From: Candidatus Micrarchaeota archaeon
GTDB taxonomy: Archaea; Micrarchaeota; Micrarchaeia; Norongarragalinales; SBBD01
Assembly (NCBI GenBank): GCA_038046605.1
Contig: JBBSVW010000105.1
Coordinates: 1 to 13,845 of the forward strand
DNA length: 13,845 nucleotides
Reading direction: 5' to 3'
Positions within the stretch are counted from its first letter, which is position 1. Every line of letters starts with the position of its first letter. Shown piece after piece: positions 7,180 through 13,845 of the stretch. The notes under the pieces are model-generated. The model was not told the origin of the DNA and searched no databases. It saw nothing but the letters and a program-made list of their open reading frames with translations. A program made the translations under genes and the position numbers.

Positions 7180-7734
7180 ATGCGCATCCTAATTGCCTTC
7201 GCATCCAAGAGCAAATCCGCAGAATTGCTTGCCTCCCACATAGTTGAGGGATGCCGGATTGCCGGAATTGAGCCCGAAATGCTTAATCTGGGGGATAGCT
7301 ACAAGCTTTTTGATTACCTCCCAATCCGGTCCCTTTTGCCCAAATCAAAAATCCAGATGCCGCATGACTTGTCATCCTATGATATTATTTTCATTGGCTT
7401 TGAAATCCATAACGCATCCGAAAGCGGCAAGTTCCTTGATTTCATTGAATCCCATGATTTTTCAGGCAAGCGGGTGGCGCTTTTCTGCTCCTATTATGTC
7501 AACCGCAAGTATCTTGACCGGATCGTTAAGAAGCTCGAGGGGAGGAATGCGCAGGTTTTCAATACCATAAGCCTAAAGCGCAAGGGGCTATCCGCCTTCA
7601 TCGGTTTTGGCTCGCTTGATGAAAACGACCTGGTCCGCGCGGAGGCATTTGCCGAGCGCACAATCAACAACACGCTTGGAAGGAAGGTCTGGAAGGATTC
7701 GGAAAAATCGCAGATAAAAGGATACCGTAAATGA
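7180..7734 (+). CDS. Flavodoxin-like protein
   Basis: ATG 7180 with TTTAAAT at 7151-7157. MRILIAFAS...LASHIVEG, DLSSYDIIFIG, DFSGKRVALFCSY, DLVRAEAFA fit the flavodoxin fold; the FMN-phosphate loop is degenerate. Confidence 0.8.
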   Translation: MRILIAFASKSKSAELLASHIVEGCRIAGIEPEMLNLGDSYKLFDYLPIRSLLPKSKIQMPHDLSSYDIIFIGFEIHNASESGKFLDFIESHDFSGKRVALFCSYYVNRKYLDRIVKKLEGRNAQVFNTISLKRKGLSAFIGFGSLDENDLVRAEAFAERTINNTLGRKVWKDSEKSQIKGYRK

Positions 7735-7830
7735 GGGTAAAAAAGAAGCCAATTCTGTTTTTCAACTTAACGCCAATAAGCCGATATATCCATATCGCAA
7801 AACATTATTTTCCATGCATAAAGCCAACCC

Positions 7831-7838
7831 TTTTAAAT
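7831..7838 (+). promoter_or_regulatory. TATA box of the KaiC-like gene
   Basis: AACCC-TTTTAAAT ending 30 nt before ATG 7868, suggesting a short or absent leader. Confidence 0.55.
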
Positions 7839-7867
7839 CGGGATTTCATAATCGCTTCGTGATTTGA

Positions 7868-8620
7868 ATGGATAGGACCACTTCGGGAATTTACGGGCTT
7901 GACGACCTCATGGGTGGGGGAATCCCAAAGAAGCGCACACTGCTTGTTTCCGGCGCTTGCGGAACAGGAAAATCCATTTTTTCGATGCAATTCATCTACC
8001 GGGGCATCCTTGAAGCCGAAGAACCGGGCGTTTTTGTGACCTTTGATGAGATGCCCGAAAAGATCCGCCAGGATATGCTCAATTTCAAATGGAACCTCAA
8101 GGAACTCGAGGATAACGACCTTCTGGCGATTGTGGATGCGACATCTGCCCGCGCCGGCGTTCCATCTGAAGAGGAGCATGCGATTTTGCCGGGGCAATTG
8201 GATATTGACAAGCTCCTCGTTGACATTTTAGGCGTATGCAGGAATATAGGCGCAAAACGGCTCGTGATTGATTCCATTCCAGCAATGGCCTCCCAGCTCG
8301 AAACCGAATCCCAGATCAGGCGCGCGGTCCTGAAACTTGCATACATAGTTTCCCGCTCCGGCCTTACGACTATCATGACTTCCGAAATCCCAGAACAATC
8401 ACTTGGCTCGGGCGCCGCCCTCCAATTCTCAAAATATGAGGTTGAGGAATATGTGGCCGACGGTGTCATAATTCTTAATTTCCTTGGCGTTGGCACCGGC
8501 GCAACCCGTACCCTCTACATCAGGAAAATGCGTGGAACAAAGCACTCACTTGAGATCCATCCGCTTGAAATTACGGAAAAAGGCATTGTCGTCAAGAAGA
8601 TTGAGGAAGTGTTCAAGTAA
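7868..8620 (+). CDS. Single-domain KaiC/RAD55-family (RecA-superfamily) ATPase
   Basis: SGIYGLDDLMGGGIP, Walker A GACGTGKS, Walker B RLVIDS, TSE, EEYVADGVI, IRKMRGT. Confidence 0.93.
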   Translation: MDRTTSGIYGLDDLMGGGIPKKRTLLVSGACGTGKSIFSMQFIYRGILEAEEPGVFVTFDEMPEKIRQDMLNFKWNLKELEDNDLLAIVDATSARAGVPSEEEHAILPGQLDIDKLLVDILGVCRNIGAKRLVIDSIPAMASQLETESQIRRAVLKLAYIVSRSGLTTIMTSEIPEQSLGSGAALQFSKYEVEEYVADGVIILNFLGVGTGATRTLYIRKMRGTKHSLEIHPLEITEKGIVVKKIEEVFK

Positions 8621-8632
8621 CTAACACCCCAC

Positions 8633-8650
8633 AGGGGACCTAGGTCCCCT
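8633..8650. repeat. Perfect 18-bp palindrome between convergent genes
   Basis: AGGGGACCT-AGGTCCCCT, with outer AACAC (8623-8627)/GTGTT (8656-8660) arms. Confidence 0.8.
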
Positions 8651-8673
8651 CCCACGTGTTGCCGCCCACCCCC

Positions 8674-9168
8674 CTAATTTTGTTTGCTAATTGATTTTGA
8701 AGTTGAATTCCATTTTGCTTTCATGCCAATTATTATGAAAACTCCAACAGTAATAATTTGCGCGGCAATTTTGGCCATTTTATCCTCCAAAATGAAGCTT
8801 AAAGCGAATTGGACAGCTTGGGATATGTTAAGGTATGAAAAATAAATCATGCCCATTATGATCATTATAATCGATAATGCATAAGCGAAAATGTATATGA
8901 TATGGCCGGCGAATATTAGCTGGTTGCTTGGGAACTTTTTGGGAAACATTTCGATTTTGCCATGCAGGAAATAGATGACAAGCAGTGCAATTACTGCAAG
9001 GCAATAAAGCCAGATTATCCCCCAAAGCTGCTTGCCTCCCGTTTGATATCCCGATGCTAACGCCCAAAACACTGATAGAGCTAGCAATACGGGGCTTGAC
9101 AATTTATCGAGGACGGATTTGAAAAAATCCTTGTGTAATTCTGTGGCGAACTCCTCACCTGATTTCAT
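8674..9168 (-). CDS. Hypothetical membrane protein (about 4 TM helices)
   Basis: ORF 8674-9180; ATG 9168 preceded by GGTGA is the likelier start. Four hydrophobic stretches; more AT-rich than its neighbours. Confidence 0.7.
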   Translation of the reverse strand: MKSGEEFATELHKDFFKSVLDKLSSPVLLALSVFWALASGYQTGGKQLWGIIWLYCLAVIALLVIYFLHGKIEMFPKKFPSNQLIFAGHIIYIFAYALSIIMIIMGMIYFSYLNISQAVQFALSFILEDKMAKIAAQIITVGVFIIIGMKAKWNSTSKSISKQN

Positions 9169-9240
9169 TTCATTCACCAAGCCGGTTTCCTAATAAGTAT
9201 TCATGGCGCATTATTTATTCTTATGCGTATTTATTGGTCA

Positions 9241-9963
9241 ATGCTTGTTAATCGCTATATCCGCCAAATCAAATTGCTTGGCGAAAAAGACCACGCGAAA
9301 CTCTCAAATCTAACCGTTGGGATCATTGGCTGCGGGGGGCTTGGGAGCAATTCGGCATTGCTTTGCGCCCAACTGGGGGTAAAAAAGCTAATTCTGATGG
9401 ACCGCGACAAGGTTTCGCAAACGGATTTCAACAGGCAGCAATTCTCCGAATCAGATTTGGGGAGGGCAAAGGTTGAGGCGCTCAAGGAAAAAATTGGAAA
9501 AACGAATTCAAATGTTTTGGTGGAGGCGCATTTCGAGCAATTTGGTGAGGGGAAATCAAAAGGGGCATTTAGGAATGCAAATGTTATTCTTGATGGCACC
9601 GATAACTTTTCGACGCGCGTTGCTATAAACCGCTTTTGCCTTCAAAACAAGATTCCCTGGATTTTTGCATCCGCCCTCAAATTCGAAGGCATGCTTTCCA
9701 CAATCCTTCCGCTAAAATCCGCATGCTTTGAATGCTGGGCAATTAGGCCCAAAAACGAGCTCTCATGCGAGGATGCGGGGATCATGAATACGGCGGTTGC
9801 GGCAATTGCCGCCCTGCAGGTGCAAGAGCTGATCAATCTCATTTGCTTTAATAAGCCAAATTATGCTAACAAATTGCTTAGGGTGGATTTAAGATCGGGT
9901 TTGTTCGAATCCATCGCCCTTGAAAGGAGCACCAAATGCCCCACTTGCTCGAAAAAGCGATAA
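9241..9963 (+). CDS. ThiF/MoeB/HesA-family E1-like adenylyltransferase (UbaA-like)
   Basis: RYIRQ, GCGGLG nucleotide loop, DRDKVSQTDFNRQ, KVEAL, DGTDNF, zinc pairs CFEC and CPTC, catalytic-position Cys in SCEDAG. Start 9241 or 9223. Confidence 0.93.
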   Translation: MLVNRYIRQIKLLGEKDHAKLSNLTVGIIGCGGLGSNSALLCAQLGVKKLILMDRDKVSQTDFNRQQFSESDLGRAKVEALKEKIGKTNSNVLVEAHFEQFGEGKSKGAFRNANVILDGTDNFSTRVAINRFCLQNKIPWIFASALKFEGMLSTILPLKSACFECWAIRPKNELSCEDAGIMNTAVAAIAALQVQELINLICFNKPNYANKLLRVDLRSGLFESIALERSTKCPTCSKKR

Positions 9964-9965
9964 TT

Positions 9966-10202
9966 ATGCAAAAGATATCGAAAGCGAAGGCAGGGGAACC
10001 ACAAATCCCCTCTGACCAGAATTCAAATGCCGGAACCGATCCCGGCGATGAAATCCGCATCCTGAAGGAGAAGAACCGGGAACTCGAGCGCCGGCTGAAC
10101 ATGATAGAGCAGAAGCTCAACGACCACAACGAGCAATTCGTGGAGGAATTCGGCGAGGATTTCGAGGAGAATAATGAGGAGGAGGAAGAAAAGAAAAAAT
10201 AA
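9966..10202 (+). CDS. Small hypothetical coiled-coil protein with acidic tail (78 aa), possibly a gene remnant
   Basis: ATG 2 nt after the ThiF stop; EIRILKEKNRELERRLNMIEQKLND heptads; Glu-rich tail. Confidence 0.55.
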   Translation: MQKISKAKAGEPQIPSDQNSNAGTDPGDEIRILKEKNRELERRLNMIEQKLNDHNEQFVEEFGEDFEENNEEEEEKKK

Positions 10203-10203
10203 G

Positions 10204-11067
10204 TCAGTTCCAAATATTAACTTTCCAAGGCTGAAATTCTATATAGCATTTTTTATCTTGCCCGGGTATTTTATTACATATCCACTCGGTCATTTGATTT
10301 CCCACAATTCCGATTTTATAAGGATAATTGCACATTCCGCTTTTGTTTTCTGTTATAAATATTGCATCATTAGCCTCGATTTTCATAGGAAATTTTCCCT
10401 CATTTGGCATCGTTGTAAAGATATTGCTACAATTCCCTAAAAGATACTGAATAAATATCGGATTTTCTTCGTTATTACTTACTATTAGGTCTAAATTGGT
10501 CGTATGGTCTATTAGTATTGCCGAAGTAGTAGGATGATGGAACACAATTACGAATAAATTTCCGAATAAATTAATTATTCCAACGAGAAATTTAGCTAAA
10601 TAATAAGGAGGGCTGAAGAATCCCCAAATAAAATATATTATTATAAATCCTAATAGTAAGTAGGCAAATAGAGGAACTATTTTTTTCAAATATTCGTTGT
10701 TAATTTTTTTGGTGTAATTTTCAATTTTTTTATCAAACATGTTCCAGATAATTAATGAGCAAAATACAAGAATAATCAATTTATACAAATGAGCTATTGT
10801 GTAGTATGGCAGGTCTAGTGGCAGTATTTCTTTGTTGTATGTAGTTACTTGAATACTTGCAAAAAGGAATTCGATAAGTCCTATAATGAAAATAATTATT
10901 ATTTTATGAAAGTTTTTTCCAATTATATCGATATCAGAGGCAATCTCATGAAAATGATTTTTTAATAAAATAAAACTAAAATAGCCTGGAATAAATATTC
11001 CAAAAAACAGCACAAAAATGTTAAAATTCATTATATTTGGGTCAAAAAATAAAAAGTCCGAAGACAT
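10204..11067 (-). CDS. Hypothetical AT-rich membrane protein (about 4-5 TM helices plus Cys-containing C-terminal soluble domain)
   Basis: 287-aa ORF; four 60-nt lines I counted were 17-37% GC, clearly below the flanks; AGGTAAT RBS-like sequence upstream. Confidence 0.75.
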   Translation of the reverse strand: MSSDFLFFDPNIMNFNIFVLFFGIFIPGYFSFILLKNHFHEIASDIDIIGKNFHKIIIIFIIGLIEFLFASIQVTTYNKEILPLDLPYYTIAHLYKLIILVFCSLIIWNMFDKKIENYTKKINNEYLKKIVPLFAYLLLGFIIIYFIWGFFSPPYYLAKFLVGIINLFGNLFVIVFHHPTTSAILIDHTTNLDLIVSNNEENPIFIQYLLGNCSNIFTTMPNEGKFPMKIEANDAIFITENKSGMCNYPYKIGIVGNQMTEWICNKIPGQDKKCYIEFQPWKVNIWN

Positions 11068-11082
11068 ATTGATTACCTAATA

Positions 11083-11239
11083 AGCGGGGAGTGAGAGTTG
11101 AACTCACCTACTCCGCTAGCTGCTCTCCTTTTCTAATTCTCCGATCAAAACCCCTTTCTTTATTCTCCCAGGGGTCTTTTTCTTTCGGGAAAGAAAAAGA
11201 GGCCTGCAGGCGGATACATGGCCGATCTGTCATCCCCGC
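11083..11239 (-). tRNA. tRNA-Cys(GCA) with an 86-nt intron at canonical position 37/38; CCA not encoded
   Basis: 5' exon 11239-11204 GCGGGGATGACAGATCGGCCATGTATCCGCCTGCAG; intron 11203-11118; 3' exon 11117-11083 AGCGGAGTAGGTGAGTTCAACTCTCACTCCCCGCT. Acceptor GCGGGGA/TCCCCGC with U73; anticodon stem TCCGC/GCGGA; anticodon GCA at 11207-11205; T arm GTGAG-TTCAACT-CTCAC; BHB central helix CUGC/GCAG. Confidence 0.93.
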
Positions 11240-11304
11240 ATCGGCGTCGTGGGACGCATCCCCCTTGAGCCGATCGCTCGTTCCCCCTCCTTATGGTTTG
11301 TGAA

Positions 11305-11315
11305 CTTTAAAAAAA
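11305..11315 (-). promoter_or_regulatory. Probable TATA box for tRNA-Cys (the T-tract may also terminate the rhomboid transcript)
   Basis: TTTTTTTAAAG on the minus strand just after the rhomboid stop, ~65 nt upstream of tRNA G1. Confidence 0.45.
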
Positions 11316-11321
11316 CTCGCA

Positions 11322-12164
11322 TCAGGCGCTTTTTTGCTTCCGTTTGGGCGCCTTGCCTTTTTCCTTTCCTTTGAGCATCTCCTGCAGCGAATCGAGCTTC
11401 CCAAAAATGAATGCGCCTATTGTTACGAACTCATCCTCGGATGCCAACAATTCCTTTCGCTTGAAGAAATAAATGTAAAATCCGCCAATCATTGCGCCAT
11501 AAACGTGCACCAGGAAATCGGATGGCGTTGCCGCCTCCCGCTGCCTGCCATCCTGGGTAACCTCGATTTTTGTTTGAGTCTTTTCAAGGGATTGATTTAT
11601 TTGCATGATAACTTCGGGAGTTTTGTTTTGCTCAACTGCCACTTTAAGCTCCTCTTTTAGCGCAACCTTTTGGGATGCCAGATTTGAATCATACCATTTG
11701 CCGGCATAATCAATGCCTGGGAAAATTACGAAGCTGATAAGCAGGGGCGTTGCAATGAGCAGCGCAAGGGCCGCTTTTGGCCTCAAAAGCATAACACTGG
11801 TAAGTATTCCCGAAATCCCCGCGCTTGCGCCAATCAGGGGGACGCCCGGGTTTACAATTGAAAATAGCAGGGATGCGCCTGTTCCTGCCATCAGGAATAT
11901 CAAAACCACATCGATGGATAGCACTGCCGCCTCAAGCGCAAGCCCAAAAAGCAGAAGTGGTATCAAATTGCCAATCAAATGGAATATCCCAACGTGGATG
12001 AATAGGTGGGAAATGATGGAAAGCGGGTTTTGGCCATTTAGGGCAAGGCCCCTAAGCGATGAATCCGTAATGTAGGGGGTTCCTAGCGATAGGAAATAAT
12101 AAAGCGCCAGGATTATTCCGGCTAAAACCGCGCTTCCATATGGAAACTTCCGTAGCCCAAACAT
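11322..12164 (-). CDS. Rhomboid-family intramembrane serine protease with a long soluble insertion
   Basis: HLFIHVGIFHLIGNL (HxxxxHxxxN), GASAG (Ser codon 11825-11823), catalytic His in VHVYGAMIG (11507-11505). Start uncertain: ATG 12164 or 12203; the track start 12236 is TTG. Confidence 0.9.
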   Translation of the reverse strand: MFGLRKFPYGSAVLAGIILALYYFLSLGTPYITDSSLRGLALNGQNPLSIISHLFIHVGIFHLIGNLIPLLLFGLALEAAVLSIDVVLIFLMAGTGASLLFSIVNPGVPLIGASAGISGILTSVMLLRPKAALALLIATPLLISFVIFPGIDYAGKWYDSNLASQKVALKEELKVAVEQNKTPEVIMQINQSLEKTQTKIEVTQDGRQREAATPSDFLVHVYGAMIGGFYIYFFKRKELLASEDEFVTIGAFIFGKLDSLQEMLKGKEKGKAPKRKQKSA

Positions 12165-12309
12165 GTTAGCTTTACCTATCGCTTCCAAAATAAACCTTTC
12201 CATATGCTGATGCAGTATCCAATTCCGAATTATCAACTCCCCTTTCCATCCGCTTATATTGAATCCGGCTGTGGATGGGTTTTGCCCTTACCATAAGTTG
12301 ATGTTGAAA

Positions 12310-12459
12310 TGTCCAATATTTTAGGGTTTATTTATAAATAATTGGACAAATGTTCGATTATTGCAATAAATAACAAAAATATTTCCCATTTTTCTCCCAA
12401 ACCTTTAAATATACGTTCGTGTTTTTAATTGCAAACTTTACAAGCGAAAGCTTTTATCC
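12310..12459. promoter_or_regulatory. AT-rich divergent promoter region (rhomboid/glnA) with TATA boxes and dyad elements
   Basis: TTTAAATA 12404-12411 and GAAAGC-TTTTAT 12446-12457 facing glnA; inverted repeat TGTCCAAT/ATTGGACA; palindromes at 12328-12341 and 12358-12369. Confidence 0.55.
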
Positions 12460-12490
12460 GCACATAATTGTTTGTCGAGGTGGTGGGAAA

Positions 12491-13845
12491 ATGACTCATA
12501 CGAATGAATTGGAGCTTACTTCGCAGGTCCAAAGGGCCGCCTTCAAGGCTCCGCATGTCAATTCGCTCAAATTCATGGGCGCCACAATTGATTCGCTCAT
12601 GGATTTTGCCGGCGAGCGCGGGGTTTTGATGGTCGATTACAAATTCATAGATCTTCCAGGGCAGTGGCAGCACAAGACCGTTCCAATTGCGCAGTTTTCG
12701 CAGGCCGTTTTCACCGATGGCGAGGGGTTTGATGGTTCATCCATTAGGGGGTTCCAAAGCATAGAGGAAAGCGACATGCTGCTTCTTCCGGATCCAAAGA
12801 CCGCCTTCATCGATCCCTTCATGAAGGATTCCACGCTTTCGATCACATGCGATGTGGCAATGCCCGGCGTGACTAAGGATCGCTATCACAAGGATCCAAG
12901 GCATGTTGCGCAAAAGGCTGAGCAATACTTGATGGGCACTGGCCTTGCCGATGTAAGCTATTGGGGGCCAGAGCTTGAATTTTTCATCTTTGATGCGCTA
13001 AAATACCATCATGGCCAATTGGGAACTGGATATGAGATTTTCACCGGTGAATCGCATCTTTCAAGCCCGGATATTGAATCGCACGACAAGGGCAATTTGG
13101 GCCATAAGATCCGCCCCAAGGAGGGGTATTTTCCAGTTGCGCCGGCGGACACACAAAACGACATCCGTGCCGAGATGACCAAAACACTTGAGGCAACCGG
13201 CATCCATGTGGAAACGCAGCACCATGAGGTTGCATTTGCGCAGGCTGAAATAGACATGCGCTTTGATGCGTTGACCGCGATGGCGGATAAGGCAATGCTC
13301 TATAAATATGTGGTAAAAAACGTTGCAAGGAAGTTTGGCAAGACGGCAACTTTCATGCCAAAGCCCATCTTTGGGGACAACGGCTCGGGGATGCATGTGC
13401 ACCAATCCCTATGGAAGGGTGGGAAAAACCTCTTCTTTGATGCGGCTGGGTATGCGGAGCTTTCCCAAATGGCCATGCATTATATCGGCGGCCTTCTCAA
13501 GCATGCCGATGCGGTTTTGGCTTTCACCTCCCCTACCACAAATTCATACAAGCGCCTGGTTCCCGGCTATGAGGCGCCGGTGAACATTGCTTTTTCGCAA
13601 AGGAACCGCTCCGCTGCGATTCGAGTGCCAATGTATGCGCAGGGCGAAAAATATGCGAAGAGCAAGAGAATTGAGTTCCGGCCGCCCGACGCAACCGCAA
13701 ACCCCTACTTGGCGTTTTCGGCAATGCTGATGGCCGGGCTCGATGGCATCCAGCGGAAAATCGATCCCGTTGCCGAAGGCTACGGCCCTTGGGACAAAAA
13801 CATCTACAAGCTAAATGAGGAGGACAAAAAGAAGATCAAATCCGT
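12491..13845 (+). CDS. glnA: Glutamine synthetase type I (beta-like), 3'-truncated by the window edge
   Basis: Manual translation from ATG 12491 (RBS GAGGTGGTG): VDYKFIDLPGQWQH, FDGSSIRGFQSIEESDM, GPELEFFIFD, HHEVA, ATFMPKPIFGDNGSGMHVHQS, SYKRLVPGYEAP, NRSAAIRVP, RIEFRPPDATANPYLAF, DKNIYKL. Absent from the ORF track because there is no stop in the window. Confidence 0.98.
   Translation, partial: MTHTNELELTSQVQRAAFKAPHVNSLKFMGATIDSLMDFAGERGVLMVDYKFIDLPGQWQHKTVPIAQFSQAVFTDGEGFDGSSIRGFQSIEESDMLLLPDPKTAFIDPFMKDSTLSITCDVAMPGVTKDRYHKDPRHVAQKAEQYLMGTGLADVSYWGPELEFFIFDALKYHHGQLGTGYEIFTGESHLSSPDIESHDKGNLGHKIRPKEGYFPVAPADTQNDIRAEMTKTLEATGIHVETQHHEVAFAQAEIDMRFDALTAMADKAMLYKYVVKNVARKFGKTATFMPKPIFGDNGSGMHVHQSLWKGGKNLFFDAAGYAELSQMAMHYIGGLLKHADAVLAFTSPTTNSYKRLVPGYEAPVNIAFSQRNRSAAIRVPMYAQGEKYAKSKRIEFRPPDATANPYLAFSAMLMAGLDGIQRKIDPVAEGYGPWDKNIYKLNEEDKKKIKS

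Noticed and set aside
7868-8620. Circadian-clock interpretation of the KaiC-like gene
   Set aside because: Single domain, EEY instead of the Ser/Thr phosphosites, no kaiA/kaiB nearby; such ATPases are widespread in archaea.
9241-10202. ThiF plus small ORF as a ubiquitin-like conjugation, RiPP or CBASS/Bil-type defence module
   Set aside because: The small ORF has no beta-grasp features or C-terminal GG, and no E2, JAB or cyclase gene is adjacent; the enzyme looks like a standard UbaA/MoeB.
8621-11082. Intact integrative element at tRNA-Cys
   Set aside because: No integrase and no direct repeat of the tRNA 3' end found by eye; ThiF inside the interval has host-like composition.
11091-11303. 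70-aa ORF (+)
   Set aside because: Antisense to the tRNA-Cys gene and its intron.
12412-12490. Glutamine riboswitch (glnA motif) or NrpR operator upstream of glnA
   Set aside because: Only a CGTT start resembles the motif; its paired stems and GGAAG core are missing, and there is no GGAA-N6-TTCC.
12425-13724. Short track ORFs across the right end
   Set aside because: Antisense or out-of-frame shadows of glnA.

Overview
Archaeal chromosomal window (TATA/BRE promoters, archaeal CTP-dependent riboflavin kinase, BHB-type tRNA intron, archaeal RNase P RNA). A DPANN (Micrarchaeota/Iainarchaeota-like) origin is only my impression from gene style. In order: 5' part of a GT4 glycosyltransferase (-); hypothetical protein (-); RNase P RNA (-, ~575-862); a divergent pair of large surface proteins (a lipoprotein with a clan CD cysteine peptidase, Pro/Thr linker, TSP3 repeat and 12-Cys tail; and a beta-propeller + triple-dockerin protein with a C-terminal membrane anchor); wHTH-riboflavin kinase (RbkR/RibK) divergent from a flavodoxin-like gene; single-domain KaiC/RAD55 ATPase; membrane protein; ThiF/MoeB/UbaA E1-like enzyme; small coiled-coil ORF; AT-rich membrane-protein gene directly behind an intron-containing tRNA-Cys(GCA); rhomboid protease with a long soluble insertion; and most of a GSI-beta-like glnA (runs off the right edge, absent from the ORF track). 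The most unusual signals are an RNase P RNA in which the P5/P7 hinge appears to be a perfect four-way junction with two extra helices, the peptidase/dockerin surface pair, the tRNA-Cys with an 86-nt intron and U15/G48, and the rhomboid insertion. All structures were folded by eye.
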